Origin: Botryllus schlosseri
Taxonomy: Eukaryota
Direction: 5' to 3'
Length of the DNA stretch: 64,000 nucleotides
NCBI GenBank assembly: GCA_051294905.1
Contig: CM119371.1
Location: forward strand, 16,494,001 to 16,558,000
A model generated the notes under the pieces. That model was given only the letters and a program-made list of their open reading frames with translations, was not told the DNA's origin and made no database searches. Made by a program: the position numbers and the translations under genes. Positions 26,010 to 38,570 of this stretch are shown in pieces; the stretch's first letter is position 1, and each line of letters opens with the position of its first letter.

Positions 26010-26110
26010 CGGCCCGGGCCCGGGAGACGCTGGTGTGAGTCCCGGTGAGTGACAGTTTTCTGTTCTTGGTAAGGAGCGGAAACCCTGACCACTGATCTGA
26101 ATGTTTAAGT
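26010..26110 (+). pseudogene. 28S rRNA-derived fragment, left part (continues at 35014-35060)
   Basis: ggagacgctggtgtgagtcccgg...ttcttggtaagg...accctg and ctgaccactgatctgaatgtttaagt resemble conserved LSU rRNA segments recalled from memory. Confidence 0.6.
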
Positions 26111-26377
26111 CAGCGGTACCCAACCTTTTTGTTGTCACGGACCCCTTCACACAAAGGATTAATTCTGCAGACCCCTGTCAAACTTTAGTCACCCTTCGCA
26201 AAGCAGTTTTTCTGAGGGATATAAGTTCTTTCAAATGGACCTAAAGTGGCATGCCTAAATTTTTCAAACTTTATCTAAATGTGATTTCCTGAACTAAACA
26301 GCATGCTTTCCATTGCGCACTAGCCGAGGCCAATTTAACTGTAGTCAACATACGCTGTGGTAGATGTAGTATTTTAG

Positions 26378-28650
26378 CAGTGGCGGCTCGTCCTATAGGG
26401 CAACTGGGTCATTGCCCCACCTAAAATTATGTTCAATAACAATTCTTTACCATTTAAAGACGCACACCAATCTATATATACCGAAATCACAGCGAAAATG
26501 GTATTCTTTTTGTCCTTTCGTTTGCAAATGCGAAGTCTCTGCGAAAATCGAATTCTCTTCTGTGTTTTCACTTTGCGAATGCCTAGCCGGGGCATGCCCC
26601 GGTAGCGCTCATAACAAGCTTTCACTGTCTATTCTCTCAAAGCCGCGCACAATAAAGAAACGGCGATTTACTCTCTCCTATTCATAAAATGACCGAGCTA
26701 CCGGGGCACAATAGCTCTGTGCCCCTAAGGTGTGATGTAACAATCGTATCTATGGCTGAACTCGGTTACCGTCATATAGTCGACCTTCGCTGGTATGGGT
26801 CGATTTTCATGGTGTTTCACACCATGAAAATTCTAGAAACTTGGTATGTCATGTCGTGATGGTGGTATTTAACACTGCCCCAAGTTACAGGGTTTCTACT
26901 TAAAGTTTAGGGTAGTAATTTTGTTTCCGAAGTTGAGTGTGTGCTGATCCGTCATGTATCGCAAACAGATTTTACTCAAAAGCCGGTATTGGTATCTATT
27001 GATTTTGACGATGTTCAATAGGTGAGATCGGTTATGACATTTGGCACGGTAAGTCTTAATGTTAGTATCGAACGCTGCACCAAGTTTTATGTTTGTCACT
27101 GAACTGTGTTAGTGGTAATTTCGTTTCCTAATTCGAGTGAGAGCTGACTCGTCATGTATCGCTAACAGATTATACGCAAAGCCGGTATTGGTCTCTATTG
27201 ATTTTAACGATGCTCCTTACCTAGATCCGTCATCAGCTTTTGCACAGTATGTCTTGATTTTAGTATCGAACGCTGTGCCTAGTCACAAGGTTGACAGTCA
27301 ATGATTAGGGCAGTAATTTCGATTTCAAGGTCGAGTATGGTAGAGATGTGTTCCGATCTGACACTTTAGCCTACAACGCATTGCGGATTTCACGCAAAAA
27401 CCGGTGTATCTGCGGTAACGTTAACTGAGATGATGATATCATTCTCAGTTTGCATTCAAATATTTTCACTTTGATATTATATTCTCCAATGTCAATTTCA
27501 CCGTGTAATTGTGGCCTTCAAGCAGTAGTGGCTTTTGGGGTGGGCGAGGTGGGTGGTCGCCCGGCCCCCCTGGTCGAAGGCCCCCCTCTTTGGTTTTACC
27601 GCTTTTTTCAAGGGTTGTGGCGAATAGAAGCGGAAATCCTTGTACCAATCAAGAAGATGATTCCGTCCATATGAGTAAATCATCAAATCTCCGCATTTAT
27701 TATTAAGTCCAATATCACGACAATCATGAAGTCTTCGCATGCCTGTTAAGCTGGTAGGCGAAAGGGTGGTCTGGGGGCGGAGCCCCCCAGAAGCTGCGAT
27801 TACATAGCCTACTTATAGGCCCCCCCGGAAGTCTCGACCAGGGCCCCCCCAATCGTAGGGCAACCACTGCCTTCAAGCCATTTGCTTACAACCCCCGGTC
27901 AAGCGCGATAGTTATTTCGTTTTCGATGGCGACTAAGAGCTGATCACTTGATCAGCCTGTTCCTCAGTGAATTTTGCGCAAAATTCGGTGTTGGTCTGTT
28001 CGCATTAATTTTGACAGTGTACCATGCCGAAAAGGGCCATGAGGTCACTTCTCGATGATGTCATGTAACAGTGTACTAAGTTTAAGGCTTTCATCCACGT
28101 ATTTATTCGGTGAAATATTTTCCAATTGCGATTTCACAGCAGACCCATAGACAGTAATAAAGCCGTATGTGTCGTGTTACGGTCTCCAGTTTCAAGGCCA
28201 AAATCCCCTATGCTGAACCGAGACCGAATTTCTGAGGCTGCTATTCTTAGTTCTTCGGAATTATGTTTTGGATTCAATATGACAGGCCCAATCTATGAGA
28301 TACCAATTGCGTATGTCCGAACTCGTTGACCTTTCCAAATAGGCTTACGCTATCTCTCGAGGAAAAGTCATTTCCATTTCTGCAGATAATTAGTCAGGTC
28401 TAGTGCGAACATGAACCGTGTTGAATCTTTGTTCCGTACGCCCTTCACGCAGTTACCACACTTCAAGTCACCGCTCACAGGCGGACCTCTCGTGGCACAT
28501 ACGTTAAAATCACTGTTGCCGGGAAATTCCTGTTACCGTACCATCATTAAGTTACTTGTTTACGTTGGAAAACGCCATTGTGACGTCATCTTGATAAAAA
28601 GTCGTTGCAGCTCTTGCCCCACCACCCGATATTGTCACGAGCCGCCAATG
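26378..28650. mobile_element. Copy B of the 21029-23397 family, containing nested MITE 27523-27869
   Basis: Same TIRs; TSD tattttag; nested element has TSD ccttcaag with the empty site in copy A (~22243). Confidence 0.92.
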
Positions 28651-28887
28651 TATTTTAGTGTAAGGACCATGTACGGTACACACTGTAGGCGAAGGGTGTC
28701 AAACTCAACTTGCATCGTTGGCTGGATTTAAACCTTCAGATCGCTCGCGGGCCGCACCAGTCAAATGATTTCAAAATTTTACCTCAAAATCCATGTCCTT
28801 GCTTTTCTTTATAATTCTTTATTATTGGGCCTTTATAAAGCCTACCATTCTAGCTACGCCGATATTCGAAAACAGTGGAATTTTTTT

Positions 28888-31092
28888 CGAGATATGAAAT
28901 ATCCCTAATTTTTTGAAAAATTCAATTTTTCACCCCCCTCTGTTGTCAAGACAAGGAATTCTGATGTAATAAACACTGTTTTACCGGCAATAATAAAGCT
29001 TTAATTAGCAAACAAGCATTCTATGTTAGATTCATACAAATTTGAGTTGTCTTTATTGAAGTTTTATGCCCCGGAATTAAAAATAGGCGTGCAAAAGAGC
29101 AACCATAATAAAATTGAATGATACATTATGCTGACGAACATGTGGATAGGACAGTAACAAGGTATTAGCTGAATTACAGCAGTTCCAACAAGTATAGGAC
29201 TCCGTAGATCCAATTAAAATTTTTAATTGATAATGGCAAATTAAAAAACAAAATTTTTCAATTTTTCTGCCAACCCCATGAAATTGTTGAGCTGTCTTCA
29301 AAGACGATGCAAAACAAATTTGACTCAATTCCAACCAGTAGAAGCGGAGCTATTTGAGTTTTTCGTTGAAAATTTTCGGATTATCCTTGATTGGTGGATA
29401 ATACGAGGATTATCATCGAAAAACTGAAATAACTCCACTTCTACTGCTTGGAATTGAGTCAAATTTGTTTTGCATCGTCTTTGAAGACAGTTCAACAATT
29501 TCATGGGGTTGGCAGAAAAATTGAAAAATTTAATTTTTTAATTTTCCATTATCAATTAAAAATTTTAATTGGATCTGCGTAGTCCTACACTTGTTAGAAT
29601 TGAACCAAATTTGGTGTGCAGCGTTTTTTACGGTAACCTGACAATTTAATCAGTGAACGGCTGGAATCCGGAAAAAAAAGTTATTTTTGAACAGCCCTAA
29701 TGTGCATAGTCATTCCAATGAAGTGCAGAAATTCTGAAGACAAGGACTTGGGCAGGGCCAGTTCAGAAACAGTAAAAAACAGCTTTCATAAAATATGACC
29801 TCTTCACTTATAAGCTTAAAAATTCTCTTTTGAGGGACTTTCTTTTACGAACAGCATCTGGAATTTCTCTTTTCCAACTCCATCAATAGTCGGCTATCAT
29901 ACGAAAATCCAGGTACAGGTGGCGACGGTGTCCTTGTCCTTGTTCGTACCGGATTTTTACTGGTGTGGGAAATAAATGAATCCATAAATCCCACCGGCCT
30001 TGAAAACGTGCCTCTATAATTTGAATATCTTGGCTGAAACGTTCACCCTGTTCTTTACTAACTTTCCCAAGGTTTTGTCTAATCTCATCCGCATGGCTCT
30101 TCAAATCGTTAAATTTGATGCTCTTCTTGCATTCCAAAACTTCATAACTAAGCAGTAGCTCCCTTGAGAGATCTTTATAATTTTCTGCTTTTCTGTTTCC
30201 CAAAAAACAGCACCGAAAGCATTCCAAGCTCAAGTCTCGAATGGCAACATTGATTGTACAAGATTTTAATCATTTAACAATTGCCTAATTTGAGGTCCAT
30301 TGAAAATCCCAGTTCTTTTATCTTTTCACTGAGACCAGAAAAAGCATAACATATATCATTTAAAACACCCCCCTTCACAATCCAAAGCTTTTACATATTG
30401 TTTCATGAGACCAAGTTTGATGTGAAGAGGAGGCAAGAGGATCTTTTTTATATCAACAAACTGATCACGTATGATATTTTTGTCTCCCGGCGTCAAGGTG
30501 AACCTTGGAGGTCTCTCATCCATGTTCCAGTGGGCAGTGGTGATCCTTGACCCTGCTGTCCCGGTAGCATAGAAAACATGGATATTCGGTGTAGCCACTT
30601 TGTTGCCCCAGCAAAAAGTTCACCATTTTCAAATCTAGACAGATGAGCCAGCCATGGTCATGCTACTATACAACTTTTCGAGAATGGTTTTGATGTTCTG
30701 ATAATCTTCTTTCATTGTTCATTGCGATAAAATGTCACGCTTGTACCAGCTTTGTTATTTGCTCTTTTGCCAGCTTGTTTTTTATTCCAAGACATGAAAT
30801 TTTATTAGATACAACACAAATTTGTTTGAATATAATATAGAATGCTTGTTTGCTAATTAAAGCTGGATTATTGCAGATAAAACAGTGTTTATTGCATCAG
30901 ATTTCCTTGTTTTGAAAACAGAGGGGGTCAAAAATAGATTATTTTTTTTCAAATTAGGGATATTTCATATCTCAAAAACGTGATGTGATGGAGAAAATCT
31001 GAGGCCATTTTCGGAATCAGCGCCCCAAAATTAGCCAAAATCAATTGTCAAAACCCAAACCTGAAAAAAAAGTTGAAATTTGTAGACCAGTG
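28888..31092 (-). mobile_element. Chapaev3-like (CMC) DNA transposon remnant with broken transposase
   Basis: Fragments LLPPLHIKLGLMKQYVKAL and NLGKVSKEQGERFSQDI..EARFQGRWD; CAC terminus (CACTGGTCTACAAA on -); 28888-29045 is an inverted copy of 30815-30973. Confidence 0.8.
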
Positions 31093-31134
31093 TGATATTA
31101 GTTGTTATATTTATATGTCCCCTTTGTCTTAGTG

Positions 31135-34032
31135 CAGGGGCGGGCAACATACAGCCCGCGGGCCGGATTTGACCCGCGAGGGGATCTTGTCAGGCCCGCG
31201 AACTGTTTTCCGTCTGACATGATAATGTGGCCGGCGGCCCCAGTCTGCCAGATTCCCCACTACTTACTTACTAGGACCAATTTTAGTGACTGTATGTCAT
31301 TATATACGCGTATGCGCACTGCATCGTGCGAGAGTGGAGCTTACGCGTAAGTTCGTCGAAGCGAGAAGACTTGCATTATCGGCATTTACGATGTAGGCTA
31401 CTCAACCCTAATGTCGTTTGTGGTAATCATGGTGTTTGTCGACTACAATGGTCATTTACATGAGGCTGATATTTCTTAATTTTGATTCCGTAACTGCCGA
31501 CATGTAGCACCTAGCACGGCACACTTATTCTAGGCTTTTGTAAGACACCGCTTATTTTCCAGTACAGGGCCGTAACAGCACTTCGTCAGGCCCCCGCCAA
31601 AACGTTGGTGTTGGGCTCCCCATATTAGGGATGGTGTGAACGTGAGGTTCACGTTCGCGTTCTGTGTGTGAACCTCAGATTTTCGAGGTTCACGTTCACA
31701 AACGAACCTTGGTAGGTTCTGCACTGTGAACCTTTTTCATTGATTACCATGGCGCTGGCAGCATTTTAAAAAATCAACACCAAGCGGGCATGCACCTTGC
31801 CAATCTCAAAAATTTTACATGCTTTCTTACAAAAGTTTACTCCATATATCCAGCTTTCCGTTTGTGAATATTTAGTGACTTTTTGCTGTGAGCTTGACCC
31901 GCAAGCACACAGCACCAAGAACGAAATACACCACATGTAGGTAGTCGCCGAATGCTGCTTATTCAATCAATCAATGAAATTGATATCGTTGCCTGATGTA
32001 AAAAATCTTTCAGGCGTTCGGGGTCGATCTTGATTTCATATCTATATTGAATCATAAAAACCAAATCCGTGCGATTGGGGTGTTGACTATACTGCCGTAT
32101 AACTTGTTAATAGGGTAATATCGGTGGCAAGTAAAGAAACCCGTTTTACACTCTGCTCAATATCAACGTAGCATTTGGCGACGTTTACAATGTCGATATA
32201 TACTTCAGCATTGTGTCATTATGTGACCCGAGTCGTCGCTAGGTATCGGGTACATTAATATAGGCTATCACTTCACTGAAACGTAGGGTTGGAATTAGCA
32301 ATATGACGTCACGTGACGTCATGAGGTTCACGTTCGTGTTCACACAGAACCTTTCAAAAAGGTTCGCGTTCACACGAACCTGAACCTTTCGGAGGTTCAC
32401 ACCAGCCCTACCCCATATAATGATGAACCGAATTTCTGTTCTCGCCTAACGCGCGAAAAGCGAAAATTTTGTATTATTCTTGATTGAATCGGTTAATATG
32501 GTCGCAGATTGCATATATATCGCTATCAATTGTCATCCTCTCTCTGCTCACGTAATCTGATTTACTGGTAGAGCTGAGTGAGGCATGTTTGAAATGGTAG
32601 GACCCCTCAATAATAATTAAACATCTTCGGGCGTATACCCGTTGGCAGGAACGAAACAGCACTTCGTCAGGCCCCTCCAAAAAACTTGGGTCTTGGGCGT
32701 CCATAGGGTGATAAACCTAACACCAATCACGTTGTTCACTTTTGACACGAAATGAGTCGTACTGTCTAGTGAGCCAGCGCCAAGCGCGAAAATTTTCAAT
32801 TATCCATGATAAAATCAGTCAATAAGATCAGGAATTGCATATATATTGATATCAATCTACTGTCCTCTCTGCTCACGTAATCAGATTTACCGGTAGAGCT
32901 GAGTGAGGTGTCTTGGAAAATGTAGGGCCCGTTGGTATGACTCCGTAAGATGATATTATTTTGTCACCTCCTGTCTGCTATATCAAAAAATATATAGAAT
33001 CGCCCAAACGTAGGCTTCTAAACTAAAAGACGCACCCGATTTCAAATTGGTATTTCTTCACTGGCATATACTTTTCCCTGCGGGATGGTATTGGTCTTGT
33101 GAGGTTCAGATTGCCAAGGCAAGAGCATTCGGCGCCAGTCATGTAGGCGTCTATGGACGAATAAACATATGTGTATTTTGTATATATAACGAGGTTTTCG
33201 GTCAGCATAAGGGTAGTCCTTTTCGGCCAAGGTTTTCTCGCTGCCGATCATTCTGGCACACTTCTTGGAGTCCAATGTTACATGGCCTAAAACTTGATAA
33301 GTCTTGGTGCATCGTGGCGTGGTAATGGCCAATGCCGATATGCCCATTTATATAAATCTTCCGTATTTTTTCTTGGGGGGAAGAGTACCCCAAAATCAAT
33401 ATATTTATTTGGCAACTCGAAATCGGGCGGAGCGCAAAAATTTTTTGAAAAAGTTGGATAACTTTTTGAAAAAAATTGTCTATAATTTATGCTAATTCGC
33501 GAACTAATTTTGGGCCCTCTTCGAGCTCGCCCCCCCCCCAATTGGGGGGTTTGGGGTGCGGCAGTTACGGTCCTATGCCAGTGGTTGCCAACTCAAAACG
33601 GGTCGCGGGCCACTATTTTAATTTCGTAGAGGACGAAGGCCGCCGCATGAATTCAATATCGAGATTGGCCACTCATGAACAACAACTCTATCTCGTCATC
33701 TACTCAACCCTAATGAATTGATATCTTTGTAAATTTGGGGTACTGGACTTATCGGACGCCTTGAAATCTTAATTAATTGATCTTAATTGATCAGAGAGAA
33801 CCATGCAGACATGGTGGCGCCTTTATGACAACGCTATTCTCAAATCCACATTGTCTTCGTCGTTATCGGCGAGAAATGGCTGTGAAGTGACATTGCTGTC
33901 GTTAAAATACATTCATTAAATACGGTTTATTCCTTGAATATGTAATGTATCGATTCAGCAATCCGGCCCGACAAGTAGCCTACCTAATTTTTCTATATCG
34001 GGCCCGCCGAATGGAGAAGTTGCCCACCCCTG
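31135..34032. mobile_element. hAT MITE (level 3) containing 31565-33575 (level 4), which contains 31626-32410 (level 5)
   Basis: TSDs tcttagtg (exact), ttccagta/tgccagtg and ccccatat (exact); TIRs CAGGGG.GGGCAAC, CAGGGCCGTAAC and TAGGG.TGGTGTGAAC. Confidence 0.88.
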
Positions 34033-34425
34033 TCTTAGTGGTATTCTTGCGTCAACCCTGCGTATGCGTTGAGAAGAATACACGAGATTTAATTGTAAAC
34101 GCGGGCGTTGTAATTTGCTTCATTATTATTAACGAGTTTCTCTAGGGACCAGAGACCTTTTGAATTATATGTCCGCGTAACTATTATAATCTGCATGTAA
34201 CCTGCATTTAGCCCTTTCGCTTCTGTATTTGGGTCCATTTTCCATAAAACTCTAAACATGCACTTATTTGCTGTCTCGGAATTGGATGCCAATGTTAGCG
34301 ACTTGCTCCTAATGGTGACTGGAGGGAAACCACTAACACCTCTGGCGGGCGGATATATAGTGGCCAATTAACGTAATACACAGTGCTTAGTAATGTGCTG
34401 GAAGATACACACATTTTTCAATTTA

Positions 34426-34744
34426 AATTTGCTTTTCGGAGTACAGAACTTCAATATTGCATCAAATAATACGTTCATATTGCAAATTTATTCGACTCGA
34501 AGCTTTTCGACTGACCCTCTTCAGGAGTGACCGCCCGTAAATGAGGTTAACCAAGTTCGAAATATAGAAAGAATTTTGTCGTTGTGACGACTATGTGTAC
34601 TTGTCATTATTACGTCACAACGACAAAATTCTTTCTATATTTCGAACTTGGTTAACCTCATTTACTGGCGGTCACTCCTGAAGAGGGTCAGTCGAAAAGC
34701 TTCGAGTCGAATAAATTTGCAATATTAACGTATTGTTTGCTGCA
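34426..34744. mobile_element. Palindromic Penelope-like insertion (two inverted pLTRs, no ORF)
   Basis: Arms 34468-34589 and 34613-34734 with a 23-nt spacer; 13-bp flanking repeat atttttcaattta; tail motif gtacagaactt shared with the other PLEs. Confidence 0.85.
34674..34707 (+). ncRNA. Minimal hammerhead ribozyme motif (mirror copy on - strand at 34495-34528)
   Basis: actc-CTGAAGA-gggtcagtc-GAAA-agct-TC-gagt. Confidence 0.78.
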
Positions 34745-35013
34745 ATTTTTCAATTTACTTAGAATTGCTTCGCGGGCCGGATGCGGCCCACGGGCCGTGT
34801 GTTTGACACCCCTGTTGTAGGCAATCAGCATCGATTCACCTTGCTGCATAGCGCTACAGTTCATTGTCACGTGCTTGAGCTTGAGACATGTTCATTTAAA
34901 GAGAGATATGAGAGTAAAATATCGCTCTTCGTCTTTTCACAGAAAATAGCGGACCCCCAAATGCTTTATCACGGACTGTCAAGGGTTAAGTGGTGCCAGG
35001 CTGGGAACCACTG

Positions 35014-35060
35014 GTCTAAGTGAAGAAATCCAACTGAGCACAGATAAACGGCGGGAGTGA
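35014..35060 (+). pseudogene. 28S rRNA-derived fragment, right part
   Basis: aagtgaagaaatccaactgagcacagataaacggcgggagt versus LSU AAGTGAAGAAATTCAATGAAGCGCGGGTAAACGGCGGGAGT (recalled from memory). Confidence 0.65.
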
Positions 35061-35149
35061 TTGGTATCCCGTCGCAATAATCAGTACCGAAAAAGCAGAC
35101 CCTGGTTTTAAAAAGACATTGCTGACTGCTAGTGTAGCCTAAATGTTAT

Positions 35150-35990
35150 ATTACACGGGGAAACACAATTCATGTTGCCTCTTGATTCAACAATTGTTAT
35201 CGTCCAACTTTCGGGCACTGAATCCAAAATGACTTTCATCTCTATCACGTCTAGTTTTGGAGTCACCACTTTCCCCATAACCTCCAAAAAGTAGGCTACC
35301 ACATTTTAAATACTGCCATTATTGTTTTGAACGTTTCATGAGCTACAACCAAACAAAAATAACTCAGCGGTCTTCAAATAAACATTTGTACTGCAATATT
35401 TCTCTAATTCAAACGGAGATTACCACTGTATGACAGATAAAGTGCGAGTTGGTACAAGTTCAAGCAGATAGCCCGTCATTCTATGGGTTGTCTTGCTTGA
35501 CACTGCCGCAATTATCAGGTAACATATTTAAGTTCCTACTTTCCTATTAATATCTTCCCAACATTACCCGACATTCCCGACATCATGGTGGATACTTTTT
35601 ACTTGCTCGTCGCTGAACATACCAAGGTTTTCCGCAGAATTAGAAGTATGACTTTTCGAAAAATATGCATTTTGATTCTCATACCATGCTGTGGACCGGT
35701 TCGTTGTCGCTTTCAATACATTTCGGATAATTTCAATGTCAATCTCTGCCGTGTAATCTAAAGAAATCCCATGACAAATGATAATCACGCATTTACTCCA
35801 ATTCTGAGATTGACCCACTCAAACGCCAATTCTTGATGCGCAGTTGAATTAGTCATCCATCAGATGCACCAGTAGTAATATTTTGCATAAATTAACTGAC
35901 ATAAATCAGCTTTGTGATGGTCCGAAAATGTAAAAAACTTGATGTCTTCGGTAACTGCAACCGCAATTTTCAGTAGCATTTGGTTCGGTT
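35150..35990 (-). mobile_element. Highly decayed second Chapaev3-like remnant
   Basis: ENLGMFSDEQVKSIHHDV motif; subterminal-like gcactgaatccaaaatgac...tctatcacg. Confidence 0.55.
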
Positions 35991-36505
35991 TTAAAGTACG
36001 TGGAATCGGAGTGAAAACCAGAGCTTTTTAACCCACTCCGGCTCCGACTTCAGCCAGTAGCCTATGTGCTTCCACAACTCCGACTCCAAGGAGTGCTGCA
36101 GGTTTTTGTGACTCAGACTCCGACTGCAAGAAGAGAAAATTTATCGAAACTCCGACTCCGCTGCCCGGCTGCAGACATGATCAACCCACACCATTCCCAC
36201 AAACTGCATTGATATCGGCATGATCGAAAAAGGCCTAAAATGGTAGGCTACATATTTGAACTTTCACATCTTACATACTGACATGATTTCGTAATGAGCT
36301 ATACTCGAAAATTCAACTCGAATCGAATCGTAATTCAGAATCGAAACACTCAGGTAATGGATTTTGCCCGGCTCTACTATCGACATCATTTTGTGACAGT
36401 ATAGGGCTAGGAGCAAGTCTGAGATGTGAGGACGACTGCATTGCACTTGCATGAATCAATTGTTTTATATTGCTTTGATTATATGATATCTACACCACAT
36501 TCTAC

Positions 36506-37468
36506 CAGTGTTGGGATGACTCGAGTCATGACTTGACTCGAGTCAGACTCGAGTCATCTTTTTCGTATGACTTGACTTGACTCGAGTCACTTTGCTAAAA
36601 TGACTTGACTTGACTTGACTCGGCGTATCAGAAATGTGGATTGACTCGTGACTCGGAGCTTAATTCACGAGTCAATTTCAAGTCATCAAGTAATCGGTGC
36701 CGATAAAAATCTGTATCTGTAATATGTTTGGATTTTCGCAAAACGCTGGTGTAACCCATGAGACTGCGACCACATTCAATGATCGTGCGTTTTACTGGGC
36801 CTCAATTGTTCTCTCACAAATAAATTGACCGCAAACGAAGGAATCGAAGCTTATGGCTTACGTTGTCGTAAACTAGTAGTACAAGTAATTGAATGGCAAA
36901 ATGTATTTTTCTATTCTCACCTTAAGCAAACCTCTTGTTTTATTGAAATTGAATTCGAATATGTTTATATAGTCCCCAACCATTGGTGCAGGCTCGAATT
37001 GTATCATGGGTAATGTATTGCGTCTTATCAATTCGTTCTCAATCAATTCTCTATTCTCTATTTTGGCTGGTAACTATCAACTTAAGCTATGTAATTACTT
37101 ACGTAGTTTATCAGTTCTACATACATGTGAGTGATACAGCGCCTTCCTGCGTGTATATTCAACTTTATATTCGTTTAGCGGTTGAGAATCAATGACCACT
37201 TAATATGTATTTCAGACAGCTAGCAAAATGCAATGACGTAATCATGCCTCGATCATACTTCGAAAAGGCAACTTGACTTGAATTGTGACTTGACTCGTGA
37301 CTTGACTTGACTTGACTCGACTTGACTCGAGTCACCTCCAAAAATCGAGTGACTTGACTTGACTCGAGTCACCTTTTAAAATCGATTGACTTGACTTGAC
37401 TCGAGTCAAAATGTGCAATGACTCGAAATGACTCGTGACTCGAAGGTAGTGACTTGATCCCAACACTG
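36506..37468. mobile_element. hAT MITE with (GACTT)n/GACTCGAGTC subterminal repeats; inverted truncated relative at 40143-~41050
   Basis: TIR CAGTGTTGGGAT/ATCCCAACACTG; TSD cattctac. Confidence 0.92.
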
Positions 37469-37774
37469 CATTCTACCACATCGTTCTAATACTAATTATC
37501 ACATAGATAGCGTTATGGAGAATTTACAGAACTTTCGAAACTCAGATGAGAGTATAGTCAAGGCTGATATAAATAGAACCGAATATGGAAACATTGTTAG
37601 ACATCGTGCAATATAAGCAGCTGTCAATCAGAAAAGTATTCTTTAACTATTTTCTAACACGGATAGGTGCGAAGCATCAAAGCAATGGATACGGTGTTTA
37701 ATGAGGAACTATGTTCTACTTAGGCCTATTTTTATAACCATGAGAACCAGGTTACTTTGTGACATTGTCTAGAA

Positions 37775-38570
37775 TAGTGGTTCTCAACCGGAGGGGTCCG
37801 CGAAGCCTCAAAATAGTTGATAATCTGATTTGTATTTTTTCAATTCGGAAAATCACGAGACAGTTTCGCTTCATTATTAGTAAAACTCAAGAGCTCACAT
37901 CAACAGAATGGCCATCTGAGAAGAAATGTCCTACTGTGCAGACTCATTCTAATTGCTAAATTGCCAATAGCGTAGGCCTACTGATACTAACATTATGCTG
38001 ATAAGAGATGTTTTGTTGGCGATTGTGGAAAAAAAATTGGATGAGTGAGGTCAATCACCGTGACTTGAAATGTTTACAAAAATCCATGTTTCCATAGTAA
38101 CTTCAAGATAAGCTGCTAGATAGATATGACCGGGATGGAAGTTATATAATCATTAAAAAATATTTGTCAATTTTGGTGCCATATTTGTTGCGATCATACC
38201 CAAATGTGTCGTCGGAAGCGTCACGCGTTATCATTACATTCGCCACCACATATATTTGTGGAAATGGATTTCGGCACTTGAAGGCGCGGATTTTAAAAAC
38301 ACGACAACGTATTTCAAGAAATGCAGTTGCAGGATTCGCTTTGAAATGATAGAAATCAACCCAATTTCTACACGAATAGCATATGCTCTTATTTTCAAGA
38401 AAAGTCATTTTGTTGTTGTTCATCACTGAGCCTACAGTTATCATTTGCACGAGACAGATGACGATTGCACGAATATTGAGCTAAATTTGAACTCAAACTT
38501 TTGGGGGGTCCGCGGGGGTCCGTGGCGGTTCGAAAGGGGTCCGCGAAGACAAAAAGGTTGAGAACCACTG
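37775..38570. mobile_element. hAT Buster/Charlie-like MITE (second copy at 55896-56908)
   Basis: TIR (t/c)AGTGGTTCTCAACC; TSD gtctagaa. Confidence 0.92.

Larger units (their letters stand above)
28691..34814. mobile_element. hAT Charlie-like MITE (nest level 2)
   Basis: Ends gaagggtgtcaaac / gtttgacacccctg; TSD ctgtaggc/ttgtaggc. Confidence 0.75.
26111..35013. mobile_element. Outermost hAT MITE of a five-level nest
   Basis: TIR cagcggtacccaacc / ggctgggaaccactg; TSD gtttaagt/gtctaagt; the flanks rejoin into one 28S-like sequence. Confidence 0.8.

Noticed and set aside
36515..37450. CRISPR-like appearance of GACTCGAGTC/GACTT arrays (also GATTAC at 62.4 kb)
   Set aside because: No unique spacers and no cas genes; these are MITE subterminal repeats in eukaryotic DNA.
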